Made by a program: the position numbers and the translations under genes. From assembly GCA_034722055.1 (NCBI GenBank), contig JAYENL010000093.1:29622-89173 (forward strand): a stretch of 59,552 nt of DNA, read 5' to 3'. Numbering within the stretch: the first letter of the stretch is position 1; the number at the start of each line of letters is the position of its first letter. Of the stretch, positions 48,378 through 56,506 are shown piece by piece. Below the pieces are notes generated by a model that saw only the letters and a program-made list of their open reading frames with translations, ran no database searches and had not been told where the DNA came from. The stretch comes from Armatimonadota bacterium (GTDB lineage Bacteria; Armatimonadota; Zipacnadia; Zipacnadales; UBA5352).

Positions 48378-49790
48378 ATGGACATGATCCGGTGCAGCGA
48401 CTGCGGGGCCCGCAACGCCGAGACGGCCACGTTCTGCGTCCGATGCGGCGCCCCTCTCGCCGGCGCGCCCGAGCCGGAACAGGCGCCGGGCCAGGACACC
48501 GACCGGCTGGAGCCGGCCTCGGAGGCGGACGAGGCTGAGCACACCTTGGTGATGGATGCCCCGCCCGCTCCCGACGAGGAGGCGGGCGACGCCGAGGGCC
48601 TGCTTCACGAGGCCTCACAGCTCCTCGCGGCCGGCGACCCTGATGGCGCCGCCGCCCGCTGTCGCGAGGCCATCGAGGTAGCGCCGGACCTGGTGGCCGC
48701 CTACTCGCTCCTGGGCATGGCCGAGGAGCAGCGCGGCAACGCTGTGGCCGCTGCGGGCGCCTACCGGCGCGTGCTGCAGCTTGATCCCGGCCGCACGGTG
48801 GAGCGCGAGAAGCTGGAGGCGCTTTACGAGAGCGGCGAGGCGTCTCGCCCCGAGGGCGAGGGCCTCGGCGCAGAGGCGGAGAGATCGGTGCTGCGCTGGG
48901 CGCCGTGGGTCGCGGCGGCGGGCGCCGCCTTCATCGTGCTGGTCATCCTCACCCTGGTGGGCGTGCATCTGCACGCAGGATGGGCCCAGGAGCGGGTCCA
49001 CTCCGAGCAGATGGCGACCGCACGGGCTGCGCTGGACAGCGGGGATTACGCCAGCGCCTGTGAGGCCTTCGAGGCCGCGCTGCGGGTCAAGCCGGAGGAT
49101 CAGGACGCGCAGGAGGGCCTCCGCTACGCCCGCCGGAAGCTGCGCCCCCAGACGGCCCAGCCTGCCAGGGCAGTCCGACCTGTGCCCTCCCCGCGCATCG
49201 CGTCCTCGCCGGGGCCGAATCCCTTCCAGCCGATACCTATCGGCGCTGATGAGGAGGAGCCGGAGCGGCAGCCGCAGCAGCCGGCCCGGACTCGCGCGCC
49301 TCGGCCACCCGTAGTGACCAGCGAGCGCGTCCGGAGCAGCGACACGTCGCCTGCCGGTCCGGCCGAAACTGAGGTCGTGCCCTTCGGCCCCCTGGAGGAG
49401 GGGCCCGGCGAGCCCGGGGGGGCCGCGACCGGCGAGGACCACGAGGAGCCCATCACCGACCAGGAGCTCGAGGTGGAGCGTCGGCCCCAGGGCACTGTGC
49501 ATATCGAGTTCGTGGACAGGCCGCCTGCAGCCGAGGCCGAGCGAGAGCAAGGGGAGGGGGAGCCCCAGCCCAGCCTCGAGCAGGCGCGGCGGGCTGCGTC
49601 GCTGCGCGCACAGGCCGAGCAGGCCCGCCGCAGCGGCAACTCCGAGCTCGCGGCCGAGCTCTACCAGCAGGCCATAGGCGCCTATCGCCAGGACATGGAC
49701 GCCAATCCGGGCAATCGGGAGGCCGATCAGGCTGCCATCGAGGCCTGCGAGCGCGCGCGGAATCTGTGCACCGCTGCGGAAGGGCAGTGA
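48378..49790 (+). CDS. Zinc-ribbon + TPR single-pass membrane protein
   Basis: CSDCGARN..TATFCVRCGAPL; TPRs on both sides of a TM helix; Pro/Glu-rich linker. Confidence 0.8.
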   Translation: MDMIRCSDCGARNAETATFCVRCGAPLAGAPEPEQAPGQDTDRLEPASEADEAEHTLVMDAPPAPDEEAGDAEGLLHEASQLLAAGDPDGAAARCREAIEVAPDLVAAYSLLGMAEEQRGNAVAAAGAYRRVLQLDPGRTVEREKLEALYESGEASRPEGEGLGAEAERSVLRWAPWVAAAGAAFIVLVILTLVGVHLHAGWAQERVHSEQMATARAALDSGDYASACEAFEAALRVKPEDQDAQEGLRYARRKLRPQTAQPARAVRPVPSPRIASSPGPNPFQPIPIGADEEEPERQPQQPARTRAPRPPVVTSERVRSSDTSPAGPAETEVVPFGPLEEGPGEPGGAATGEDHEEPITDQELEVERRPQGTVHIEFVDRPPAAEAEREQGEGEPQPSLEQARRAASLRAQAEQARRSGNSELAAELYQQAIGAYRQDMDANPGNREADQAAIEACERARNLCTAAEGQ

Positions 49791-49794
49791 CCCG

Positions 49795-51522
49795 ATGGTC
49801 CTCCGCCGCTGGAGCCCGCTGGCGATGGCAGCCGCCATCCTCCTCAGCGCCGCAACTGCCTTCGCAGCCGTTGAGGCCCCCGTTGGCGTTCTGCTCGCCC
49901 CCGCCGGCGACCGCCTCACTGAGCTGGAGGCGCGCTTCGCCGATGCTGTCATCGCCGAGCTGGTTGCGAGCGGCGCGCGGGCCTCGCTGCTCCATGAGGC
50001 GTCCCCCCTGGTCCGCGCGTCCCGGGCCCGTCTGCCCGCGGTCTCAGCCGAGGATGACTGGACCCCGCTGACCGACGTCCTCAGCCGTCTGGCCGCTCGT
50101 CTTCGGCTGGGATACGTGCTGCTGGTGGCGGTGAATGAGGACGGCGGCGTGATGCACGTCAACGGAATGCTGGTGGTGCGTGGAGGTGCCTCGGCCGAGC
50201 TTCGGGCCTCCGCCGCCGCGGCCGACGAGGGCCTGCGGGAGGCCGCCGGGGCGGCCGCTCGCCGCGTCATGGAGCTGGCCGCGGAGCTGCCGGCGCCGGC
50301 GGATCCGGCCGAGCAAGCCGTGGCGGTGCCGGGCCCCGCGCCCGGCCCGACCCGTCAGCAGTCGGCGGAGCCTGACGCTGAGGGGGAGGAGCGGCCTCCC
50401 GGGCAGGAGACGGAATCGGCGACCGGCGAGGCGCCCGGGACCGCTGAGGCCGTGGAGGTCACCGAAAAGCCCCAGCCCACTGAGGACCAACCCGCAGCCG
50501 AGGCGGTCCCCGATGAGGGTGCCGCCGACGCACTCGCGCAGGTGCAGGCGGCGCTGGAGGCGGGCGAGCTGGACAGGGCCGGCCGGCTGCTGCGTGACTT
50601 CAAAGACGCACACCAGCCGGCGGGGCGCTTCTACCTGCTCCGGGCGCGCCTGAGCATGGCCCGACAGCAGCGGGATGACGCCATCGCGGACCTCCGACAG
50701 GCCGTGGCGCTGCAGCCGGACCTGGTCGAGGCCCGCGTCCGGCTGGCGCGGCTGTTGGACGACAGCGGACTGTGGCAGGATGCCATAACGCACTACCAGG
50801 AGGCCCTGGCGGTCGAGCCGAACCGGCTGGAGGCGCTGCTGGGCCTGGCCCGCATCTATCGCGACCACGGACACCGCCGCAAGGCCGTTGAGCTGCTGAC
50901 AGAGGCCGCCGACGCCGGAGTGAAGGACCCGGCCGTGCTGACACTGCTGGGCGAGCTACAGGCCCTCGAGGACAGACCGGAGCTGGCGGAGCGCTATTAC
51001 CTGCAGGCTGTGGCGGCCACGAGCGGCGAGCGCGCGGCCACCATCCTCGAGCGTCTCGGCGATCTCTACGCCGATCTGCACCGCCACCGGGAGGCCCTGA
51101 GCTGCTACCTGAAGGCGGCGGAGCTCAATCCCTCCCGCGCCAGCATGGTGCAGCGGCGCTATCGGGAGGTCATGAGCGCCGCCGACAACTCCGTCTACGA
51201 GGCGCTGACTTCCAGCTGGAGCGCCTTCGAGGACTACGTGCAGAATGGTATCGGCGAGCGTGAGATGGTCTACCGCAAGCTGGCCGACATGCGCACGCAG
51301 CTTGAGGAGGCCATGCGCTTCGCCGACGGTGTCACGCCGCCGGCCGATCAGCGGCCGGCTCACGCCGGGCGGCAATACGCCTACAGTCTGGCGGTGGAGG
51401 CCGCCGTGGCTGCGCTCACCTACCTCGATCTGGGCGAGGGGCCGATGCGGGAGCGCGCCGAGAGGCGTCACCGCGAAGCGCTCGCCGAGTTGAACGCGCT
51501 GCGCGGCGCTGAAGGGGGCTGA
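49795..51522 (+). CDS. Secreted TPR-repeat protein
   Basis: Signal peptide ending AATAFA; several TPRs. Confidence 0.8.
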   Translation: MVLRRWSPLAMAAAILLSAATAFAAVEAPVGVLLAPAGDRLTELEARFADAVIAELVASGARASLLHEASPLVRASRARLPAVSAEDDWTPLTDVLSRLAARLRLGYVLLVAVNEDGGVMHVNGMLVVRGGASAELRASAAAADEGLREAAGAAARRVMELAAELPAPADPAEQAVAVPGPAPGPTRQQSAEPDAEGEERPPGQETESATGEAPGTAEAVEVTEKPQPTEDQPAAEAVPDEGAADALAQVQAALEAGELDRAGRLLRDFKDAHQPAGRFYLLRARLSMARQQRDDAIADLRQAVALQPDLVEARVRLARLLDDSGLWQDAITHYQEALAVEPNRLEALLGLARIYRDHGHRRKAVELLTEAADAGVKDPAVLTLLGELQALEDRPELAERYYLQAVAATSGERAATILERLGDLYADLHRHREALSCYLKAAELNPSRASMVQRRYREVMSAADNSVYEALTSSWSAFEDYVQNGIGEREMVYRKLADMRTQLEEAMRFADGVTPPADQRPAHAGRQYAYSLAVEAAVAALTYLDLGEGPMRERAERRHREALAELNALRGAEGG

Positions 51523-51530
51523 GCTTCTGG

Positions 51531-51758
51531 ATGCTGGAGCAGCTTGGCAGGCTCCTGGCGGGCCTCGGGGCACTGATACTCATCCTGGGGGCAGTGATGA
51601 TCCTGGTGGGGCGCTTCGCGCCGTCCGGACGATTGCTGCCGGGCGACATCGTCATCCGTCGCCCCGGCTTCACGCTCTACTTCCCGCTGATGACCATGAT
51701 CGTCGTCAGCCTGGTGCTCAGCGGGATCATGTGGTTGGTAATGTACTTGCGAAGATGA
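51531..51758 (+). CDS. DUF2905-family small membrane protein
   Basis: GRLLPGDIVIRRPGFTLYFPLMTMIVVS motif. Confidence 0.85.
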   Translation: MLEQLGRLLAGLGALILILGAVMILVGRFAPSGRLLPGDIVIRRPGFTLYFPLMTMIVVSLVLSGIMWLVMYLRR

Positions 51759-51827
51759 CCTGCTGCGGGTCGGCGGGGTGGGCCTGCGTGGGACGTCGCA
51801 ACCTCCAACGAGAGGAGCGATGCTGTC

Positions 51828-52481
51828 ATGCTGATGCACGAGTGGATTCGATACCGTGACAAGAAGCTCAAACGCTCCCCGGAGGATGAGGAGGGCGAGG
51901 AGCAGCAGGCCGCCGAGGCCGAGGTTGAGACCGCGGAGGCCGAGGTCGAGGCTGGAGAGGCGGAGGTCGAGGCCGATGAGGCGCAGGCCGCGCCCGCCGA
52001 GGCCGCGGCCGCCGAGCAGCCACAGCCGCCGGCGGAGACTGCAGCCGAAGAGGCCCCTGACCAGTCACAGGCTCAAGCCGAGCCCGAGCAGGCCGAGAGT
52101 ACAGATAGAGCCCGGGAGGAGGTCCTGGCCTCCCTGCAGGAGGAGCTGGATCGTGCGGGCCAGAGCATGCAGCAGCGGCTGGAGCAGATCCAGGCGCGCC
52201 AGAGGCAACTGCCCATCGAGGTGGAGGAGCCCGAACCCGAGGAGGACGAAGATCGAGAGAAGCCGGCCAGCGAGACGCGCCAGGAGCTGGTGAAGCGCCT
52301 CCTCGATCCCGTGCTGACGCTCCGCGAGGCCGCGCTCCTGCTGGAGGTGTGTCCGACGACGGTTCGCCGCTACACCAACCGCGGACTGCTCAACTGCTTC
52401 CGGACCCCCGGCAACCAGCGGCGCTTCCACCTCTCCGACGTCCTGGAGTTCATGGAGCGCCGCGAGCAGGGCGAGGAGTGA
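51828..52481 (+). CDS. HTH_17/excisionase-like (BldC/MerR-type) DNA-binding protein with long acidic N-terminus
   Basis: LTLREAALLLEVCPTTVRRYTNRGLL..FRTPGNQRRF..SDV. Confidence 0.8.
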   Translation: MLMHEWIRYRDKKLKRSPEDEEGEEQQAAEAEVETAEAEVEAGEAEVEADEAQAAPAEAAAAEQPQPPAETAAEEAPDQSQAQAEPEQAESTDRAREEVLASLQEELDRAGQSMQQRLEQIQARQRQLPIEVEEPEPEEDEDREKPASETRQELVKRLLDPVLTLREAALLLEVCPTTVRRYTNRGLLNCFRTPGNQRRFHLSDVLEFMERREQGEE

Positions 52482-52555
52482 GCCATCTCATCCCCCGCCC
52501 GGCGGGACCTTCCCGGGAGCTGTCACCAGCATCATCTACCCGCGAGGGATTACAG

Positions 52556-53236
52556 ATGGCAGGACGAGCCCTGCTCATCATGGCCTCCGGTGAGGCCAGG
52601 GAGCATACCGCACGGGGGCTGGCGGAGCGTTGTGTCGCGGTGGAGCTGTCGGACGACCTCGAGCGCGCTCTCTCCAGCCCTCCGCGTGAGGTGGACGTGA
52701 CGGTCGTCGATCTTGACATCAGCGGGGCGGGGACTGAGGAGACCTTCGATCAGGTCCGCACCGTCATCGGGGCTGGACTGATAGCGCTCGGGGATCGCCG
52801 GGGGCGGGCCGACGCCGTCAGCGTGCTCAAGGCCGGCGCCGATGACTTCATCCCGCCGCCTCCCCATCCCGCCGAGGTGGTCGCCCGCGTTCGCGCCCTG
52901 CTCCGCCGCCTGCGTGAGTACTGCGGTCGCCCGCAGTCGCTGATCGATCTCGGCGACGTCCGCGTGAACTGCGAGCGCCATGAGGTCACCGTCCGCGGCC
53001 GGCCCGTTGACCTCACGCCCAAGGAGTTCGACCTGTTGCGCGAGCTGGCCCGGAGCGCCGGAGAGCTCGTGCCCCGCGAGGACCTGCTGCAGAGCGTCTG
53101 GGGCTACGATGAGTCCATCCGGAGCAGGACCCTGGACGTGCACATCGGCCGCCTGCGCAAGAAGATCGAGCGCGATCCGTCCCGGCCGCGCCTCATCGTC
53201 ACTGTGCCCCGGGTCGGGTACCGTATCGCCGCCTGA
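52556..53236 (+). CDS. OmpR/PhoB-family response regulator with atypical receiver domain
   Basis: wHTH LTPKEFDLL...VWGYD...RTLDVHIGRLRKKIE...TVPRVGY; degenerate receiver. Confidence 0.85.
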   Translation: MAGRALLIMASGEAREHTARGLAERCVAVELSDDLERALSSPPREVDVTVVDLDISGAGTEETFDQVRTVIGAGLIALGDRRGRADAVSVLKAGADDFIPPPPHPAEVVARVRALLRRLREYCGRPQSLIDLGDVRVNCERHEVTVRGRPVDLTPKEFDLLRELARSAGELVPREDLLQSVWGYDESIRSRTLDVHIGRLRKKIERDPSRPRLIVTVPRVGYRIAA

Positions 53237-53299
53237 TGCTCGCCGCCGGCCTCCCCCGGCGACGGGCAGCCTGAGCCGAGGGAGGCCGCCGGCATCTCG

Positions 53300-54406
53300 A
53301 TGACCATCACATCCATGTCCCCCCTCCACCTCCTGGTGCCCCTGGAGGAGCCCATCCCTGCCAGCGTCGCCCGCCCCCTCACCGAGGAGCTGTCCGTCCA
53401 CCTGGTGCGCGTGGAGTGCCAGGATGGTGAGGTCGCCTGGGGCGAGGCGTGGTGGAGCGACCGCCGGGAGCTGCACGAGGCCGTCGAGCTTCTGGCGCCA
53501 GCGGTCATCGGGGCCGATCCCCTGGACCGGGTCGCTCTCTGGGAGCGCATGGTGGACCGCCTCACCTCCCGGAAGGAGCCGCTCCCCGGCGGCGCCGCGG
53601 CGCTCAGCGCCATCGATGTCGCCCTGTGGGACCTGGCGGGGCGCTCCGCCGGCATGCCCATCTTCCGACTCATCGGCGGACGCCGCTTCGCGCGGCTCGA
53701 CGCCTACGCCACCGGCATCTACCTGGAGGAGCCGGAGGTGGCGGCGCGGAAGGCAGCGGTGATGCTTGAGCGGGGCTTCCGCGCCGTGAAGGTCAAGGCC
53801 GGCGCCGGTCTCGAGCGGGACGCGCAGGTGCTGGAGGCCGTCAGGGAGACGGTGGGACCGCAGGTGCCTGTGCTGGTGGACGCTAACCAGGCCTTCGACG
53901 ATTTGCAGGAGGCCCTGGACCTGGGCGCTGCGCTGGATCGGCACGAGGTCTTCTGGTATGAGGAGCCGATGCCGCCCGGCGACTGGAGCGGCTACGTGGC
54001 CCTGCGGCACGGCGTTGACACTCCTATCGCCGGTGGCGAAAGGCTGCGCTCTCCCGGGGCCTTCCTGCAGGCCTTCCGGGCCGGAGCGCTGGACGTGGCC
54101 ATGCCGGACGTGCGGCTGTGCGGGGGAATCACGGGGATGCTCAAGGCCGCCGAGCTGGCGCGGTGGTTCGGCGTGCGTATCAGCCCGCACAACTGGGCCT
54201 CCCAGCTCGGTGCCATGGCCTCCGGGCACGTGGCGGTGACGCTGCCGAACTGCATGATGACCGAGCTGGAGGCCACGCGCACGCCGCTGACCGAGAGCCT
54301 GCTTGATCCGCCGCTTGAGATCGAGGACGGCTTCCTCATCATCCCCGAGGCCCCGGGCCTTGGGGTCACCGTAGACGAGGAGGTCGTCGAGAAGTTCGCC
54401 ACCTGA
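53300..54406 (+). CDS. Mandelate racemase/muconate-lactonising enzyme (enolase superfamily)
   Basis: AIDVALWDLAG, KVK, VDAN, WYEEP, AGGE, PDV..CGGITG, PHN, PGLG. Confidence 0.9.
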   Translation: MTITSMSPLHLLVPLEEPIPASVARPLTEELSVHLVRVECQDGEVAWGEAWWSDRRELHEAVELLAPAVIGADPLDRVALWERMVDRLTSRKEPLPGGAAALSAIDVALWDLAGRSAGMPIFRLIGGRRFARLDAYATGIYLEEPEVAARKAAVMLERGFRAVKVKAGAGLERDAQVLEAVRETVGPQVPVLVDANQAFDDLQEALDLGAALDRHEVFWYEEPMPPGDWSGYVALRHGVDTPIAGGERLRSPGAFLQAFRAGALDVAMPDVRLCGGITGMLKAAELARWFGVRISPHNWASQLGAMASGHVAVTLPNCMMTELEATRTPLTESLLDPPLEIEDGFLIIPEAPGLGVTVDEEVVEKFAT

Positions 54407-54431
54407 GCCGGGCACAGACAGGGGTCGGGAG

Positions 54432-55541
54432 ATGATCGGCGAGGAGCTCGTGGACAGAGTACGCCGGGCCCGTGAGCGGCAGGGGGCTGTCATCGACCGG
54501 GTCTGCGGGGCGTGCGACAACAAGTGCTGCAAGCAGATGACCATGATGGGCAGCCAGGACCTCCGGCGCCTCGTCAAGGCCATGCTGCTGGATCCCGACT
54601 TCCAGGGGCGAGTGCGCGACGGACTGGCGCGCGTGGCCGACAGGCTCGAGCGCGATCTCCTGGTGCTGAAGCAGGTCACCGAGCTCCTGGAGGCCTCCTC
54701 CGATGAGTCCCAGGCCGACGACCTCGCCGACCTGCGCCGCAACGTGCAGCAGTGGGCCGACTTCGTGCGCTGGCTGCGCAGCGACTTCCCGCTCGACTAC
54801 GACGAGATGCGCCGCCTCCTGCACTTCTCAGCCATCCGTTCCAACACCGTCAAGGCCGTCGATCGCTTCCCCGGCGGCCTCGGCGCGCTGGCGAACCTCT
54901 CCGGCCCCGACAGCGGCTTCCAATACTCTCGCCGGCGGCTCGGGCCGCAGCGGTGTCTGTTCTACCTCGACGACCGCGGCTGCATCTGCGAGGACGCCAA
55001 GCCCGCCAAGTGCGCCAACTTCTTCTGCGTCGGCGAGCCCGACCTGCTCCAGGAGCTCCGCAAGGAGCTCAGCTTCGACGACTTCGTGATGGCCAACCTC
55101 AACATCATCGACTTCCAGACCCTCCAGGAGATGATCTCGCTGGAGCGCGATCTCGGCTCCGAGTTCATCGCCCCCAAGATCGTCATCGGGGCCTCCCATG
55201 AGCAGATCGACCGCATCGCCGCGACAATGGGGTCCGCCGGGGAGAACGTTCGCGTCCGGCGCATCGAGCGCCCCGGGTTGCGCTCCGCCGCCGAGGTGGA
55301 GCGCGAGCTGGCGGAGATCCCCGAGGGTGTGGGCCTGCTGGAGGTCTACCCCGCCATCAACGGCAACACGCTCTACGAGCTGGCCCTGGCCCTCGACCGC
55401 ATTCGCCTCCGCGACGAGCACCCCAGCTACGTCCTGGCGGCCGGCGAGCTCAAGCCCACCCCTGCGGCACACCCGGTCTGGGACGACCGTATGATGGCTC
55501 AACCCCTCGGCGCCCTGGACCTCTTCGTCATCCGCGACTGA
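54432..55541 (+). CDS. Cys-cluster (YkgJ/CxxCxxCC-like) hypothetical protein
   Basis: CGACDNKCC ... CLFYLDDRGCIC..KPAKCANFFC. Confidence 0.6.
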   Translation: MIGEELVDRVRRARERQGAVIDRVCGACDNKCCKQMTMMGSQDLRRLVKAMLLDPDFQGRVRDGLARVADRLERDLLVLKQVTELLEASSDESQADDLADLRRNVQQWADFVRWLRSDFPLDYDEMRRLLHFSAIRSNTVKAVDRFPGGLGALANLSGPDSGFQYSRRRLGPQRCLFYLDDRGCICEDAKPAKCANFFCVGEPDLLQELRKELSFDDFVMANLNIIDFQTLQEMISLERDLGSEFIAPKIVIGASHEQIDRIAATMGSAGENVRVRRIERPGLRSAAEVERELAEIPEGVGLLEVYPAINGNTLYELALALDRIRLRDEHPSYVLAAGELKPTPAAHPVWDDRMMAQPLGALDLFVIRD

Positions 55542-55737
55542 CGCTCCGCGGCCGAGCGCCCCCGCCCGCACGTCCTCCGCTGACCCGTTGCGCCTGGGTG
55601 GCCTCATGCTGTGCCTGTGCGTCCTCCCTGCAACCATTCTGACAGACGGCTGCACGAGTCCGCGAAGGACTTCAAGACACCTCCTGCGCTACGCTGGGGC
55701 TGTCTCTCACACGGCCGCGTACTCGAGGGGGCGCACC

Positions 55738-56112
55738 ATGCAGCACAACAGCGAGCGCGAGCGACGACTGGAGCGCCAGGCCGACAGGCTGATCGGCGAG
55801 AGCATCCGCCGCCACGGCCGCGGCGAGTATCCGTGCTATCAGGAGCGATGGATGGACGAGCTCGGCCGCCGGGAGCGGCCCGGGGTGGAGCGCGTGGCCG
55901 GAACCGTGGGGGCCGGGGAGATCGAGGCCAGGCTGGGAGGGATGGTCGTGGATGCACAGCTCACCCGCAGGCAGCGGATGGTCATCAGGTGGATCGTGCG
56001 CGGCATCTCACAGCGGGAGATCGCGGAGATGCTGGGGGTCTCGGAGGCCCAGGTCAGTCGCATCAAGCGCGCTGCCATCAAACGTATGCAGGCCGCCGGC
56101 GTGCTGCCGTAG
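55738..56112 (+). CDS. Small sigma70 region-4/LuxR-type HTH protein
   Basis: LTRRQRMVI.W...GISQREIAEMLGVSEAQVSRIKRAAIKRM; GAGGGGG before ATG 55738. Confidence 0.75.
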   Translation: MQHNSERERRLERQADRLIGESIRRHGRGEYPCYQERWMDELGRRERPGVERVAGTVGAGEIEARLGGMVVDAQLTRRQRMVIRWIVRGISQREIAEMLGVSEAQVSRIKRAAIKRMQAAGVLP

Positions 56113-56309
56113 CAGCGGCGTGGTGGGGGGATTCCGGGGCGCGGGCCATCACGCGGGCCGACCTGCGCATCACCGGAGCGCGAGCGTGAGCCGCGAGCTG
56201 GTCGAACACAGGACAACGGCAGGCCGGAGGGTGGTCCGGCCGGAGACCGCGCAGCGGTCTCAGTGAGACTGCCATGCAGTCTGCCGCGAGCTTGCGCTGG
56301 CGTAACGCC

Positions 56310-56500
56310 ACCCGTCCGCAGGGGCGGCACCTCAGGCCCGCGGCCGTTGTCGTGTGTGTCGTCGGCGGTGCTGAGGCCCTCGCCCCCGCGCTGTTGCCGC
56401 GACGCCGTACGGAGGGGCGGGCTGCCCAGCCCGCCCGGCCGTTCGTCGTGCCGTTTGGAGGGCGCGACTACGGGAGGTGTCAGGCACCTCTCGCGCCCGG
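56310..56500. repeat. REP-like mosaic between convergent genes
   Basis: ggaggggcgggctgcccagcccgcccg and gccgttcgtcgtgccgtttggagggcgcgactac, nearly the same as blocks in the 19-21 kb array. Confidence 0.7.
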
Positions 56501-56506
56501 GCGCTG

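Noticed and set aside
51828..52481. Prophage or ICE excisionase
   Set aside because: No integrase, att site or phage genes nearby; the context is chromosomal.
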